Shown here piece by piece: positions 38,615-47,569 of a stretch of DNA of 64,000 nucleotides (positions are counted from its first letter, which is position 1; each line of letters begins with the position of its first letter). The stretch covers positions 30,521 through 94,520 of the IMG/VR virus record IMGVR_UViG_3300032323_003820; one strand, given 5' to 3'. Origin of the DNA: a virus. The notes below the pieces were generated by a model. The model was not told the origin of the DNA. It saw only the letters and a list, made by a program, of their open reading frames with translations, and ran no database searches. A program made the position numbers and the translations under genes.

Positions 38615-40120
38615 ATGAAATTCATGTCAATTTTATTGAGGGAAGGCAGGAAGGAAGATTTGAAGAAAAAATATTCTGACAAATACGACGAAGAAGTATT
38701 AGATTGGATTTTGAATATTTCTGACCTTGTTGATTTCAATCACAAATACACTGATTTTGTTTTGAGAGTTATTAACCCTAAAAATATGGACGTTGCATGG
38801 TGGGTAGAAACAATAATTGACGAACTTAAGTTATTCGACAAATATCAAAATCAACTCGAAAAAAAAGATATTAATCAGTATCAAACTTTTACCGAATTAC
38901 AAAATGCAGTTACCCCACTTCAACAAAAAGAAAAAGAAAAAGAATTAGAGGGTCAGGTAGATAAAATTTACGAAGATGACACTTTTGTAGTAGTTGTTCC
39001 AAAAACACGAGAGGCATCATGTAAATATGGTTCTAATACAAAATGGTGTACCGCAGCAAAACAAGATAATAGATTTGATACCTATAGCACAGGAAAACAA
39101 AAATTATATTACATAATCAACAAGAAAAAAAGTTCAGGTTCTAACTATTCCAAAATTGCAATTCATTTCAATAATTCAGGTAATAAAACTTATTGGGATT
39201 CCGCAGACTATAATATGAATCCGAGAGAGGTTGATGTTTTAAATTACGCATTTCCTGAAATGATGCAAACCATCGATAAAGACTACTCAACTGATATGAG
39301 TAAGTTTGATAGGGAATCAATCTTACGAGAAGCATTTAAGATAAACCAACCAATTGTTTATTCATTACGTAACTACTTAGAGTCAGGTAAAGACATTTTT
39401 ATAGTTGTTGAAGGATTTGATTCGATACCTGATATGAAAGGTCATTATGAGGGAACTGTTCAGATAGAATTATCAGATGGTTATGATAATTTTTTAGTTG
39501 ATAAATACAATCTACTTATAACGGTACAATATAAACCAAGTGATGGTAATGTCTATCGTGCAGTTGTGGAATTTAACGGGGTAGATTTAGACCCGACCGA
39601 ATACTTTAGAGATTTAGGTTTAGAAACTGAGCAAATTAGTGATTTATATTGGATAAAAGAAGACGCTAGTGAGACACATTCTTTCTTCGCCAGAAGTATT
39701 GCAAACAAAATAAGAACACTTGTCGGAGAAAATCCTGTTTTACAAAGATTAGTTGTTGGTGACAAGAAATTTTGGAGACCTGATAGAATTCATTACGGAT
39801 ACACATTTGCAAGGGCAGATAAAGGATTTATTAAAAAATTGACCGATTGGTTAGATGCAGGTAAAGTCGGAACCAAACTGGACTTTTTAACTGACATAGG
39901 GAAACTCGACAAAAAAATTGAAAACGGGAAAAAGTATTATGCTTTCAAGGGTAAAGCCATTTTTTTACCATCCAAAGATTGGAGAGGACAGTTTTCATCA
40001 TTCTTTGCTTCTGCTAGACTTGCCGGTATTTTGGGTTACAGAAAAGTTGGTAATCAATTCTTACTTGTAAAAGGACCAAACTTCGAAGCATTTAAGGAAG
40101 GAAACCTTAAAGCACTTTAG
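38615..40120 (+). CDS. Late protein with VVPKT..SCKYG..TKWC domain
   Basis: MKFMSILLREG leader; TATTTAT at 38603-38609. Confidence 0.6.
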   Translation: MKFMSILLREGRKEDLKKKYSDKYDEEVLDWILNISDLVDFNHKYTDFVLRVINPKNMDVAWWVETIIDELKLFDKYQNQLEKKDINQYQTFTELQNAVTPLQQKEKEKELEGQVDKIYEDDTFVVVVPKTREASCKYGSNTKWCTAAKQDNRFDTYSTGKQKLYYIINKKKSSGSNYSKIAIHFNNSGNKTYWDSADYNMNPREVDVLNYAFPEMMQTIDKDYSTDMSKFDRESILREAFKINQPIVYSLRNYLESGKDIFIVVEGFDSIPDMKGHYEGTVQIELSDGYDNFLVDKYNLLITVQYKPSDGNVYRAVVEFNGVDLDPTEYFRDLGLETEQISDLYWIKEDASETHSFFARSIANKIRTLVGENPVLQRLVVGDKKFWRPDRIHYGYTFARADKGFIKKLTDWLDAGKVGTKLDFLTDIGKLDKKIENGKKYYAFKGKAIFLPSKDWRGQFSSFFASARLAGILGYRKVGNQFLLVKGPNFEAFKEGNLKAL

Positions 40121-40328
40121 ATTTTTTTCGAAAGTAGAAGTAAAACCCAAAAAATAACGCCGCAATACAATACAAAACGAAGTTCGCTTTCCATAAACTT
40201 CCTGTCCACAATATTAGTGAATACTGAACGGCATCGAACCCAAACGGATTGAAGAAAAGTGCCAACATTAGACATACCTGAGATATGTTTTCGAGAAATA
40301 TGCTTCTCCAAGTTCTGTTTCTCTCCAT
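40107..40328 (-). CDS. Small 2-TM membrane protein
   Basis: Two hydrophobic helices, basic tail. Confidence 0.55.
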   Translation of the reverse strand: MERNRTWRSIFLENISQVCLMLALFFNPFGFDAVQYSLILWTGSLWKANFVLYCIAALFFGFYFYFRKKSKVL

Positions 40329-40421
40329 CTTCCATAGATTGATATTAAAAGTTTATTCAAAGAAAACTTTGATTAATTGAATATAAATATGTATTTTTAT
40401 GTTCCAAACAAACAATTGATT

Positions 40422-40883
40422 ATGAAACTTTTGAAATCACCAACGTTTAAAGATAATAGGGGTTCGTATACACCCATCCGACTTGATGTAATGGACATCA
40501 AATGGGTACAATCATCCATTAGTTATAATCAGAATAAATTCACCTTCAGAGGAATGCATTATCAGGAAAACAATCCTCAAACTAAATATGTAAAAGTTAT
40601 TAAGGGTTCAATTATAGACTTCATATATGACTTAAAGACTAAGGAAGTAGATTTCATAAAAGTAGACGAAAATTCTGCAGTTTTGATTGACAATAATAAA
40701 GCCCATGGATTTATTACATTAGAACCCGAAACTATAGTCAATTACTTTGTAGATGATGAGTATAATCCTGACTCTGAACGTAGTATAGTTTGGGAAACTA
40801 TACCTGAAATCAAATCCGAGATTTATAGTATAATTGGTGATAGTGAACTTATAATTTCTGAAAAAGATTCCAAAGGTAAGTAA
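40422..40883 (+). CDS. rmlC: dTDP-4-dehydrorhamnose 3,5-epimerase (RmlC-like)
   Basis: FKDNRG, TFRGMHYQ, AHGFITL, YNP, ISEKD. Confidence 0.85.
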   Translation: MKLLKSPTFKDNRGSYTPIRLDVMDIKWVQSSISYNQNKFTFRGMHYQENNPQTKYVKVIKGSIIDFIYDLKTKEVDFIKVDENSAVLIDNNKAHGFITLEPETIVNYFVDDEYNPDSERSIVWETIPEIKSEIYSIIGDSELIISEKDSKGK

Positions 40884-40884
40884 T

Positions 40885-41493
40885 ATGTCTCATCACGTAA
40901 TTTCTGAGAAGAATAACACTTTTGTTTGGTTACCAATTAAAACGGCATCTTCATTAGTAAGTTGGGTATTGTCACACTTCGAATTTGATTTATTTTTCTT
41001 TTCACAAACTACAAATGAATATAAAAAAATAATCTCAGATTTATCTCACTTTGGGCATTCAACAAATCTACCCCATAATCATCAAGACATGTTATTCATC
41101 TGCACAATGAGACACCCTTATGAAAGGGTTCTTTCATATTACAAATCTACATTACCACAGATTTATAATGATTATAAAATTGAAGGATTCAATCATTTCT
41201 TGAATCAGAATGTTTTTTGTAACAAAACACTTTTTGATGATATACATAAATTTAACAATCGAAAACCTGATTTTTTAATTAGGACTGAAACAATTTACGA
41301 TGATTTACTAAAAATACCTTTCATTAAAAACTCTAAATTAAATGAATGTGGAATTCTCGAGGAAATGTGTAAAAAAAAGGTAAACTCAAGTTTTGAGTCT
41401 CAAGACGATGAATATTTATTATCTTCTGACATAAAAGAAAAAATATATAATTTCTTTAAACCACAATTTGATATCTTTGGATATTCTAAATAA
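40885..41493 (+). CDS. Sulfotransferase family 2-like protein
   Basis: PIKTASS, RHPYERVLSYY, IRTE, FDIFGY. Confidence 0.7.
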   Translation: MSHHVISEKNNTFVWLPIKTASSLVSWVLSHFEFDLFFFSQTTNEYKKIISDLSHFGHSTNLPHNHQDMLFICTMRHPYERVLSYYKSTLPQIYNDYKIEGFNHFLNQNVFCNKTLFDDIHKFNNRKPDFLIRTETIYDDLLKIPFIKNSKLNECGILEEMCKKKVNSSFESQDDEYLLSSDIKEKIYNFFKPQFDIFGYSK

Positions 41494-41591
41494 AATATTC
41501 TATCTGTTAATTGGGCTTGGTTCCACAGTTTTAATTGCGGGAACTATCGTTTTTTTAGCATTAAAGACAGCAGATTTTATAAATAAAAAAG

Positions 41592-41789
41592 ATGGAAAAA
41601 ATTAATATCAAAGAAATTTTGGAAAGAGAAGGAGAAGTTCGTAAATTTGTAGGAGTAGCTCCTGAAGGGTTTGTGTTGATTCACGAAAAAACTCTCGAGG
41701 ATTTAAAAGATTTTGATGTTTGGAAAGACTGGAAAAATGGTCTTACCACCATCGAAAAGATAAATAAATCGAATTTTCGAAATACTTAA
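41592..41789 (+). CDS. Hypothetical protein
   Basis: 65 aa ORF. Confidence 0.55.
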   Translation: MEKINIKEILEREGEVRKFVGVAPEGFVLIHEKTLEDLKDFDVWKDWKNGLTTIEKINKSNFRNT

Positions 41790-41796
41790 TAAAAAC

Positions 41797-41869
41797 GCCC
41801 CCTTAGCTCAGTAGGTAGAGCTGTAGTTTTGTAAACTACCGGTCGCTGGTTCGAGTCCGGCAGGTGGCT
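41797..41869 (+). tRNA. tRNA-Thr(TGT)
   Basis: Cloverleaf, loop TTTGTAA; one acceptor mismatch at 4:69. Confidence 0.85.
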
Positions 41870-41986
41870 CAGCAAACCGTTAGATAATATGTTTTATGTT
41901 TTTGAATACAAGGTAGAACTTGACCCAAATACAGAGGAAACTCATGAAGAGTGGGAATCTGGTGACATAATCTATTTTTAACGTGT

Positions 41987-42065
41987 AGTGGTCATACAAG
42001 TGTAACTGTCTGCAGCAGTGAAAGGAAGTCGACTCCGAGGTTTTTACCACTTGTCCCTGACCACT
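41987..42065 (+). ncRNA. Unassigned structured RNA candidate
   Basis: AGTGGTCA/TGACCACT and ACAAGTG/CACTTGT nested stems enclosing two small hairpins; T-tract follows. Confidence 0.45.
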
Positions 42066-42093
42066 TTTTTATTTACCTTTATAAAAAAATAAC

Positions 42094-42621
42094 ATGCCAA
42101 AATTCACCATCGACATTCATGGAAGAGGTTCAGAAATTAATGCACACAACATTTCTTCAGAACAAAAGGAAAAATTGAATCACCTCAACCTCGATGAGTG
42201 TATTTTAGAAGATGTTGCAGATATTTTAGAATTCGATGACACATTTAGTCTCATAGAAAGTGATGAAATCTATATTGGTGCACATCCTGAAAATTCAAGA
42301 TTGACAGTCACACAACAAGATAATGAGACAGAGGTTTTTTCTGATGAAATAAATTCATTAATTTTTTCTGAAACTATTTCCAATCAAACTTCTACTACCG
42401 AAATTTACCAAAAGAATAAACTTTACGTCAACGATAATATCAAGGGAACTTTTTTCACTTTGGAGTTTGAAGGTGAAAAGTTCGAACCTGAGTTTTTGGA
42501 AATACACTTTACTGAAGTAGAAGGGATAGAATTAGTTTCATCATTCAAATACAAAGGAGAAGAATGTACATTTGGAGATTATTGGAGTAAAGGAATTGTT
42601 TATTTTTTATCGAATGAGTAG
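42094..42621 (+). CDS. Hypothetical acidic protein
   Basis: 175 aa ORF. Confidence 0.6.
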   Translation: MPKFTIDIHGRGSEINAHNISSEQKEKLNHLNLDECILEDVADILEFDDTFSLIESDEIYIGAHPENSRLTVTQQDNETEVFSDEINSLIFSETISNQTSTTEIYQKNKLYVNDNIKGTFFTLEFEGEKFEPEFLEIHFTEVEGIELVSSFKYKGEECTFGDYWSKGIVYFLSNE

Positions 42622-42841
42622 AAAAAATATCAACATACAAATCTATAAAACTATCAGTTATAGAATCGTGGGTTCTCTAACCACAGTTGTCCTTTCATTA
42701 ATATTAGGACTTGAAATCAATTGGGCGGTCATTTTGGGAATAGGTGAATTGTTACTTAAACCAATTTTATATTTTCTCCATGAAAGTCTTTGGGATAAAT
42801 ACAAAAAGAAAATCGAGTATTCCTCTGATAAGATTTTCTAA
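42614..42841 (+). CDS. DUF2061-like membrane protein
   Basis: KTISYRIVGS..KPILYFLHESLW. Confidence 0.75.
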   Translation: MSRKNINIQIYKTISYRIVGSLTTVVLSLILGLEINWAVILGIGELLLKPILYFLHESLWDKYKKKIEYSSDKIF

Positions 42842-42862
42842 AATTTTTGGTATTTATTGTCA

Positions 42863-44749
42863 ATGGACAATATATTATTAAACATCAGTGAAATTTATTC
42901 TGAGATTTTGAAAACAAAATCTCTTATCAAAGAACAAGAAGAAAAAAAAGTTCATATTTTCGGAGGTGCCAGTTGCAAATGGGGTGGAGGTCCTGACGGA
43001 CACGCATCATTTAATCCAAAAACATGGCAGGTAAATAGAGCTTGGGACATTATGGGTTCTGAAGGAACTAGTGTCTACGCGGTAGACAACGGGGTCATCA
43101 CAAGAGTAGAACAAAAAAAACACAATCCTGAAACCAAAGAATACGGTTATTCTATCGAGATGAATACCGAAGGGGATAAAATATATTACACACATTTATC
43201 TTCTATAGGCCCAAAAGTAAAACAAGGACAAAAAATATCCCAAGGAGATTTATTAGGTAAAATTGGAAAACCCACCGATGACCCTAACTGGCCAGCTCAT
43301 GTTCACCTTGCATTAGAAAATGGAGATATCAAGAAATTAGTGGATGCTTATTGTAATGTAATATTAAAAAAGGGTTCAGGAACAACGACTGGTGGAACAG
43401 GAAGTAGTTCTGCATCTACTGATAGTGACATATACTACGGAAATAAATCATTTGCCAATTTAGTTTTGGGTGACAAATATAAATTAGAATCAACTGAAGA
43501 AATGAAATCAATAAATGAAGTTACAATGATGGCACCTGTACCAATCAAACCAGGATTTAAAGGTAATTTTTCACAAGTAAGAAAAGGTGGATACATTCAT
43601 CCAGGTACAGATATACCTATACCATCAGGAACTCCCGTAAAATCACCGTTGTCAGGTAAGGTAGTCGGTGTTCATTCAAATCGACATCCTTGTGGCGGTA
43701 CAATAGATATTGAGTACAGTGATGGATTTTGGTCAAGATTCTGTCATATGAAACAAATAAAGGTGAAAGTAGGGGATTTAGTCAATAGAGGTGATGTTGT
43801 TGGATTAAGTGGAGGGGGTGCGAATGATTTTGGTAAAGGGAGGTCATCAGGACCACATTTACATTTTACATTGAAAAAAAATGGTCAAAAAGTTGACCCT
43901 GCTCATTATATGGAAAAGTTTAATGCTGCAGACATCACATACGATAGTTCAATAAATTCGGATTCATCTACAACTTCAGACGAAGATTCAATTGAGGGTG
44001 AAGTTGATTATTCTTCGGGTATAAATGCCTTAAACTCTACCGGTACTCAAAAATCAAGTTCAAAAATATTCTTTGGAAACAAAGAATTGGCAGATTTACT
44101 ATCTAGCTCCGTAAATATGAAATTCGAAAATGAAATAAAAGAAGAAAAAGTTTATGGTGACTTCGGTAAATCACAGCAATCGAGATATGGCTCTATTACT
44201 TTACCAAAAGAAAAAAATGAAAAAATCAAAAGTCCAGTTGATGGTTCGATTACAAGGGGAAAATTTAACCCTTCATGTATAAATCAAATATCAATATCTC
44301 ATGAAATGGATGGAGATATCTTTATCCTTGAATATTGTGGAATCAGTAAACCGAGTGTCAGAAACGGTAATAAAGTATCAAAAGGAGATATATTAGGAAA
44401 AACAGATACTGATGTTAGAATTTCTCTGTTTGATGAATCTGGTTCGAGAGTTTATATTGACAATTACATAAAAAAGGAAATTACTAAAAGTGAGAAACTG
44501 GCTTCTAAGGGAATTAAATCAGAACCTAAACTTTATTATAATACTTCTTGGGGTAGGATATTAGGTAATATACTTACAACTCCTGTAAAATGGTTTGAAG
44601 ACCAATACGATGAAACTGGTAACTTGAAACAAAAAAGATGGTCATCTCCTACTGAAAAAACACAACCAGACGATTGGATGGCTCAAGGGTCTCCTACATA
44701 TTCGAAAAAATTGAGAGAACAAATAGAAAGAATAAAAAGAATATTATAA
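42863..44749 (+). CDS. Protein with three M23 peptidase-like domains
   Basis: Domain 2 intact (HPGTD..HLH), domain 1 YTHL..HVH, domain 3 degenerate; TATTTAT at 42851-42857. Confidence 0.85.
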   Translation: MDNILLNISEIYSEILKTKSLIKEQEEKKVHIFGGASCKWGGGPDGHASFNPKTWQVNRAWDIMGSEGTSVYAVDNGVITRVEQKKHNPETKEYGYSIEMNTEGDKIYYTHLSSIGPKVKQGQKISQGDLLGKIGKPTDDPNWPAHVHLALENGDIKKLVDAYCNVILKKGSGTTTGGTGSSSASTDSDIYYGNKSFANLVLGDKYKLESTEEMKSINEVTMMAPVPIKPGFKGNFSQVRKGGYIHPGTDIPIPSGTPVKSPLSGKVVGVHSNRHPCGGTIDIEYSDGFWSRFCHMKQIKVKVGDLVNRGDVVGLSGGGANDFGKGRSSGPHLHFTLKKNGQKVDPAHYMEKFNAADITYDSSINSDSSTTSDEDSIEGEVDYSSGINALNSTGTQKSSSKIFFGNKELADLLSSSVNMKFENEIKEEKVYGDFGKSQQSRYGSITLPKEKNEKIKSPVDGSITRGKFNPSCINQISISHEMDGDIFILEYCGISKPSVRNGNKVSKGDILGKTDTDVRISLFDESGSRVYIDNYIKKEITKSEKLASKGIKSEPKLYYNTSWGRILGNILTTPVKWFEDQYDETGNLKQKRWSSPTEKTQPDDWMAQGSPTYSKKLREQIERIKRIL

Positions 44750-44778
44750 AAAAAACCCATCGGAAAGATGGGTTTTTT
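44748..44778. terminator. Bidirectional terminator
   Basis: A-tract CCCATC/GATGGG T-tract between convergent genes. Confidence 0.75.
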
Positions 44779-44787
44779 GTTGTATCA

Positions 44788-44988
44788 TTATTTGATGATA
44801 CTACCGTCTTGGCTACCGCCACCAGATGAAACAGGGTCAACCACAGTCGTTGTAGTATCAACAACAGAGGTTGTATCTACAACAACAGAATCAACTACAG
44901 TAGAGTCAACAACAGCTTCAGAAGATGTAGATGAGCCACCGCAAGATGCAAGAGCGAAAACAGAAAGAATTAAGACTAGCTTTTTCAT
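44788..44988 (-). CDS. Small Ser/Thr/Val-rich lipoprotein
   Basis: LASC lipobox; repeated DS/DT-T/V motifs. Confidence 0.7.
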   Translation of the reverse strand: MKKLVLILSVFALASCGGSSTSSEAVVDSTVVDSVVVDTTSVVDTTTTVVDPVSSGGGSQDGSIIK

Positions 44989-45068
44989 AAATTGTTTTTT
45001 TTGTTTATTTTCTAATATTAAATGTAACTAATATTTTTTTTATCGTCAAGTTGGGTTTATAAAATATT

Positions 45069-45449
45069 TTATATTTTCATTAATAAAGACATTGCTTTGA
45101 ACTCGCCAGCAGCAGTTTTAAGGTTGGGTATTGTGCTTGGCTCATGCCTCATGGCAAATTCTTTCTCCACTTGTGTAGATTCTATTAGAATTCGTCTCAA
45201 TTCATCTACTTCTTCTTGAGGGACATGTTCTATCAAATGAAAATGTAAATGGTTAGTCATTTTTTCCAAAAGTGCACAATTGAAATGAGGATATTCGTCT
45301 TTTTCTAATTTGATTGCGGTATCTTCTAACAATTTGGAAATTTCTTCTAAAAGAATTGAAATTCTCAATTTAAGTTCGTTTTTTGTTTTCTTGTTTGTGT
45401 TGACAAACTCAAGTGCATTCTTGCATAACTCAATAGCAATACTTAACAT
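45069..45449 (-). CDS. Hypothetical protein
   Basis: 126 aa helical ORF. Confidence 0.55.
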   Translation of the reverse strand: MLSIAIELCKNALEFVNTNKKTKNELKLRISILLEEISKLLEDTAIKLEKDEYPHFNCALLEKMTNHLHFHLIEHVPQEEVDELRRILIESTQVEKEFAMRHEPSTIPNLKTAAGEFKAMSLLMKI

Positions 45450-45503
45450 CTTTGACTAATTTAGATATTTATAATTAGGCATAAACTTTTAAATAAAACA
45501 AAA

Positions 45504-45668
45504 ATGACTAAAGAACAAGTATTAGGTATTGTTAGACACGTAATCACTTTTGCGGGTGGTATTCTAGTTGTAAAAGGATTGATTGATGATGCCATGGTTC
45601 AAGAAGTACTCGGTGGAGTTTTAGGACTTGTAGGTACTGTATGGTCAATTGTTGAAAAAAAGAAGTAA
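45504..45668 (+). CDS. Putative holin-like 2-TM protein (not in ORF track)
   Basis: MTKEQVLGIVRHVITFAGGILV..VWSIVEKKK; TATTTAT at 45466-45472. Confidence 0.6.
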   Translation: MTKEQVLGIVRHVITFAGGILVVKGLIDDAMVQEVLGGVLGLVGTVWSIVEKKK

Positions 45669-45714
45669 TCTTTTTGGAACAAATTGAAAAAACTCAGACA
45701 TTGTCTGAGTTTTT

Positions 45715-46014
45715 TTATTCGTTGGTGACTTTACCCTGTTTTTTTAAACTTACAACAGCTTTGTCTACTCTAGAGTCAATTTTTTTTGATAATTCTGTAA
45801 ACTTGTGACTCATTTCTGATTTGTAGTCGGAATAATCTTTTTTCAAACTTTCCATATCTGACAAAAGTTTATCCTTTCTTTTAGTACCTCGATTTACCTC
45901 AATCCACATGAAGATGATGGTAATAGCAAAGATACCTAAAAAGAACATTGAGATTGGGTGTGGAAGCGAACTAACTGTCACTTCATCTGACATTTTAACA
46001 ATTTGTAATAACAT
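45715..46014 (-). CDS. Single-TM coiled-coil protein
   Basis: Hydrophobic segment then helical tail. Confidence 0.55.
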   Translation of the reverse strand: MLLQIVKMSDEVTVSSLPHPISMFFLGIFAITIIFMWIEVNRGTKRKDKLLSDMESLKKDYSDYKSEMSHKFTELSKKIDSRVDKAVVSLKKQGKVTNE

Positions 46015-46053
46015 AATATTTGATTTTAATTATAAAATTATTTCTAATACGGT

Positions 46054-46131
46054 TACTCCGACTCGTGATTCTGAGCTGTCACCATCAAGACAACAACTCT
46101 AGCGAGAGTCTACCCCCCAATGGGAGGAGTA
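46054..46131 (-). ncRNA. Unassigned structured RNA candidate
   Basis: GC-rich island with TACTCC/GGAGTA closing stem and internal stems; TATATTTG promoter element at 46144-46151 on minus strand. Confidence 0.5.
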
Positions 46132-46210
46132 TACGTCATGTTACAAATATAATTACATTTATAACACGAAGTATCAGAAACGTTTTTATTTCAATGAACA
46201 ATAAGTTCTG

Positions 46211-46281
46211 TGGATGGTGTAGGAGTCGAACCTACCTTAACTGAGTCGGAGTCAATTGTCTTACCGCTAAACGAACCACCC
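46211..46281 (-). tRNA. tRNA with CCG anticodon (nominal Arg) and alanine-type acceptor stem
   Basis: GGGTGGT TC GTTT AGCGGTA AGAC A ATTGA CTCCGAC TCAGT TAAG GTAGG TTCGACT CCTAC ACCATCC A. Confidence 0.85.
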
Positions 46282-46329
46282 TGCTAACATTTATAATTAT
46301 AATTTGAAAAAAAATGTGAATCAAATATT

Positions 46330-47019
46330 TTATCGATTATCTATATAAATTAAAACCTGTTTGTAATAGTTTGTGAATTTATCTGACCATAAATCCCATT
46401 TAATATCAACACCATCTACGGAAAGAACCTGAAAGTTATCGAATACTCTTAAATAAACATCTCTAAAAACCTTGAATCGACTTGTGAGGTCAACCCCGTT
46501 GAATTGTCCCAAATGAAATTCACCTGCAACTTTTCTAACGTTTTCTTTAATCCATATAAGATTTTCAACGTTAAAAATATCGTATTCACCTCCTTCACAG
46601 TCTGTTTTTATAAAATCTATTTTTTGAACATTATAGTTTTCTAAAAACTTTTTGAATGTAATTGTGTAGTGTTGTAATTCTTTATCATTATAGGCCTCAA
46701 TTTTATCACTTACCCCAACGTTACTTGAAATTGCTTTATTAATACATGTAACATTTCCTGTTATAGTGTTTTTGTTCAGGGTAGGGAATTGGTCAAAACT
46801 AGGTTCGACACAAAAGACATGTTTGGGTTTATTGTTCAAAATAGAATATGTAAAAATTCCTGTGCTGGCACCAACGTCCATAACAATATCCCCTTCATCT
46901 ACAGTGAAAAATTTTTCGTAAATCCTTTGATTAAAAATTTCATCCCCGATAAATGACTTGTACCATTCCGAAGAATTTCCCCAATCAAAATTTTCTAAGT
47001 TAAGATTATCCATTTCCAT
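46330..47019 (-). CDS. FkbM family methyltransferase
   Basis: MDVGASTG, VEP, IDFIKTDCEGGE, GEFH. Confidence 0.88.
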   Translation of the reverse strand: MEMDNLNLENFDWGNSSEWYKSFIGDEIFNQRIYEKFFTVDEGDIVMDVGASTGIFTYSILNNKPKHVFCVEPSFDQFPTLNKNTITGNVTCINKAISSNVGVSDKIEAYNDKELQHYTITFKKFLENYNVQKIDFIKTDCEGGEYDIFNVENLIWIKENVRKVAGEFHLGQFNGVDLTSRFKVFRDVYLRVFDNFQVLSVDGVDIKWDLWSDKFTNYYKQVLIYIDNR

Positions 47020-47029
47020 TTTTTTAGAG

Positions 47030-47101
47030 TGACCCCATTAGGATTCGAACCTAAACCGGCTCATTCGAAGTGAGACATACTATCCGTTATACTATAAGGT
47101 C
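47030..47101 (-). tRNA. tRNA-Arg(TCG)
   Basis: Cloverleaf, loop CTTCGAA, GGATA D-loop (A20). Confidence 0.85.
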
Positions 47102-47135
47102 ATATTTTGAACTTATTTGTATTGCCGGATTTTTA

Positions 47136-47354
47136 TCATTTATGATGATTTTTACAACTATCTTTATGTATTAATCTGTAAACACTCCCTTCACCGATAC
47201 CATATTCGATTTGATAGTATTCACATCCACTGAAATTAACTTCCCTGAATAGATTACTTGAACCTATAACTTTGGGATTAGATACATTACAAGATAACAA
47301 ATTATAAACCGAACAAAATAGTAATAATTTGAATAATAATCGTTTTTTTCTCAT
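47136..47354 (-). CDS. Small putative lipoprotein
   Basis: LLSC lipobox; GCEY..HKDSC. Confidence 0.55.
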   Translation of the reverse strand: MRKKRLLFKLLLFCSVYNLLSCNVSNPKVIGSSNLFREVNFSGCEYYQIEYGIGEGSVYRLIHKDSCKNHHK

Positions 47355-47360
47355 AAAAAT

Positions 47361-47477
47361 TTAGAATTTTCCCCATGTTGCTCTTTCCATGAGTTCGAGT
47401 CTTTTCTTTTCAACAAACTTGAGAAAATTGTAAAAGTCCACAAATTTCTTTTTGATTTTTGTAAATAAGATTTTCAT
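47361..47477 (-). CDS. 38-aa hypothetical protein (not in ORF track)
   Basis: MKILFTKIKKKFVDFYNFLKFVEKKRLELMERATWGKF fills the gap between tRNA-Asn and next gene. Confidence 0.45.
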   Translation of the reverse strand: MKILFTKIKKKFVDFYNFLKFVEKKRLELMERATWGKF

Positions 47478-47493
47478 AATATTTTAGTTTTTG

Positions 47494-47565
47494 CGTCCCC
47501 TCAAGGTTTCGAACCTTGGACCCTCTCGTTAACAGCGAGATGCTCTACCACTGAGCTAAGGAGAC
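47494..47565 (-). tRNA. tRNA-Asn(GTT)
   Basis: Cloverleaf, loop CTGTTAA, G73. Confidence 0.92.
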
Positions 47566-47569
47566 GTTA

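Noticed and set aside
44768-45031. Plus-strand 87-aa ORF
   Set aside because: Overlaps the minus-strand lipoprotein with a clear lipobox and starts inside a terminator
46211-46281. Reading the odd tRNA as Gly(TCC)
   Set aside because: Shifting the loop by one base destroys the anticodon stem; acceptor and A73 do not match Gly identity
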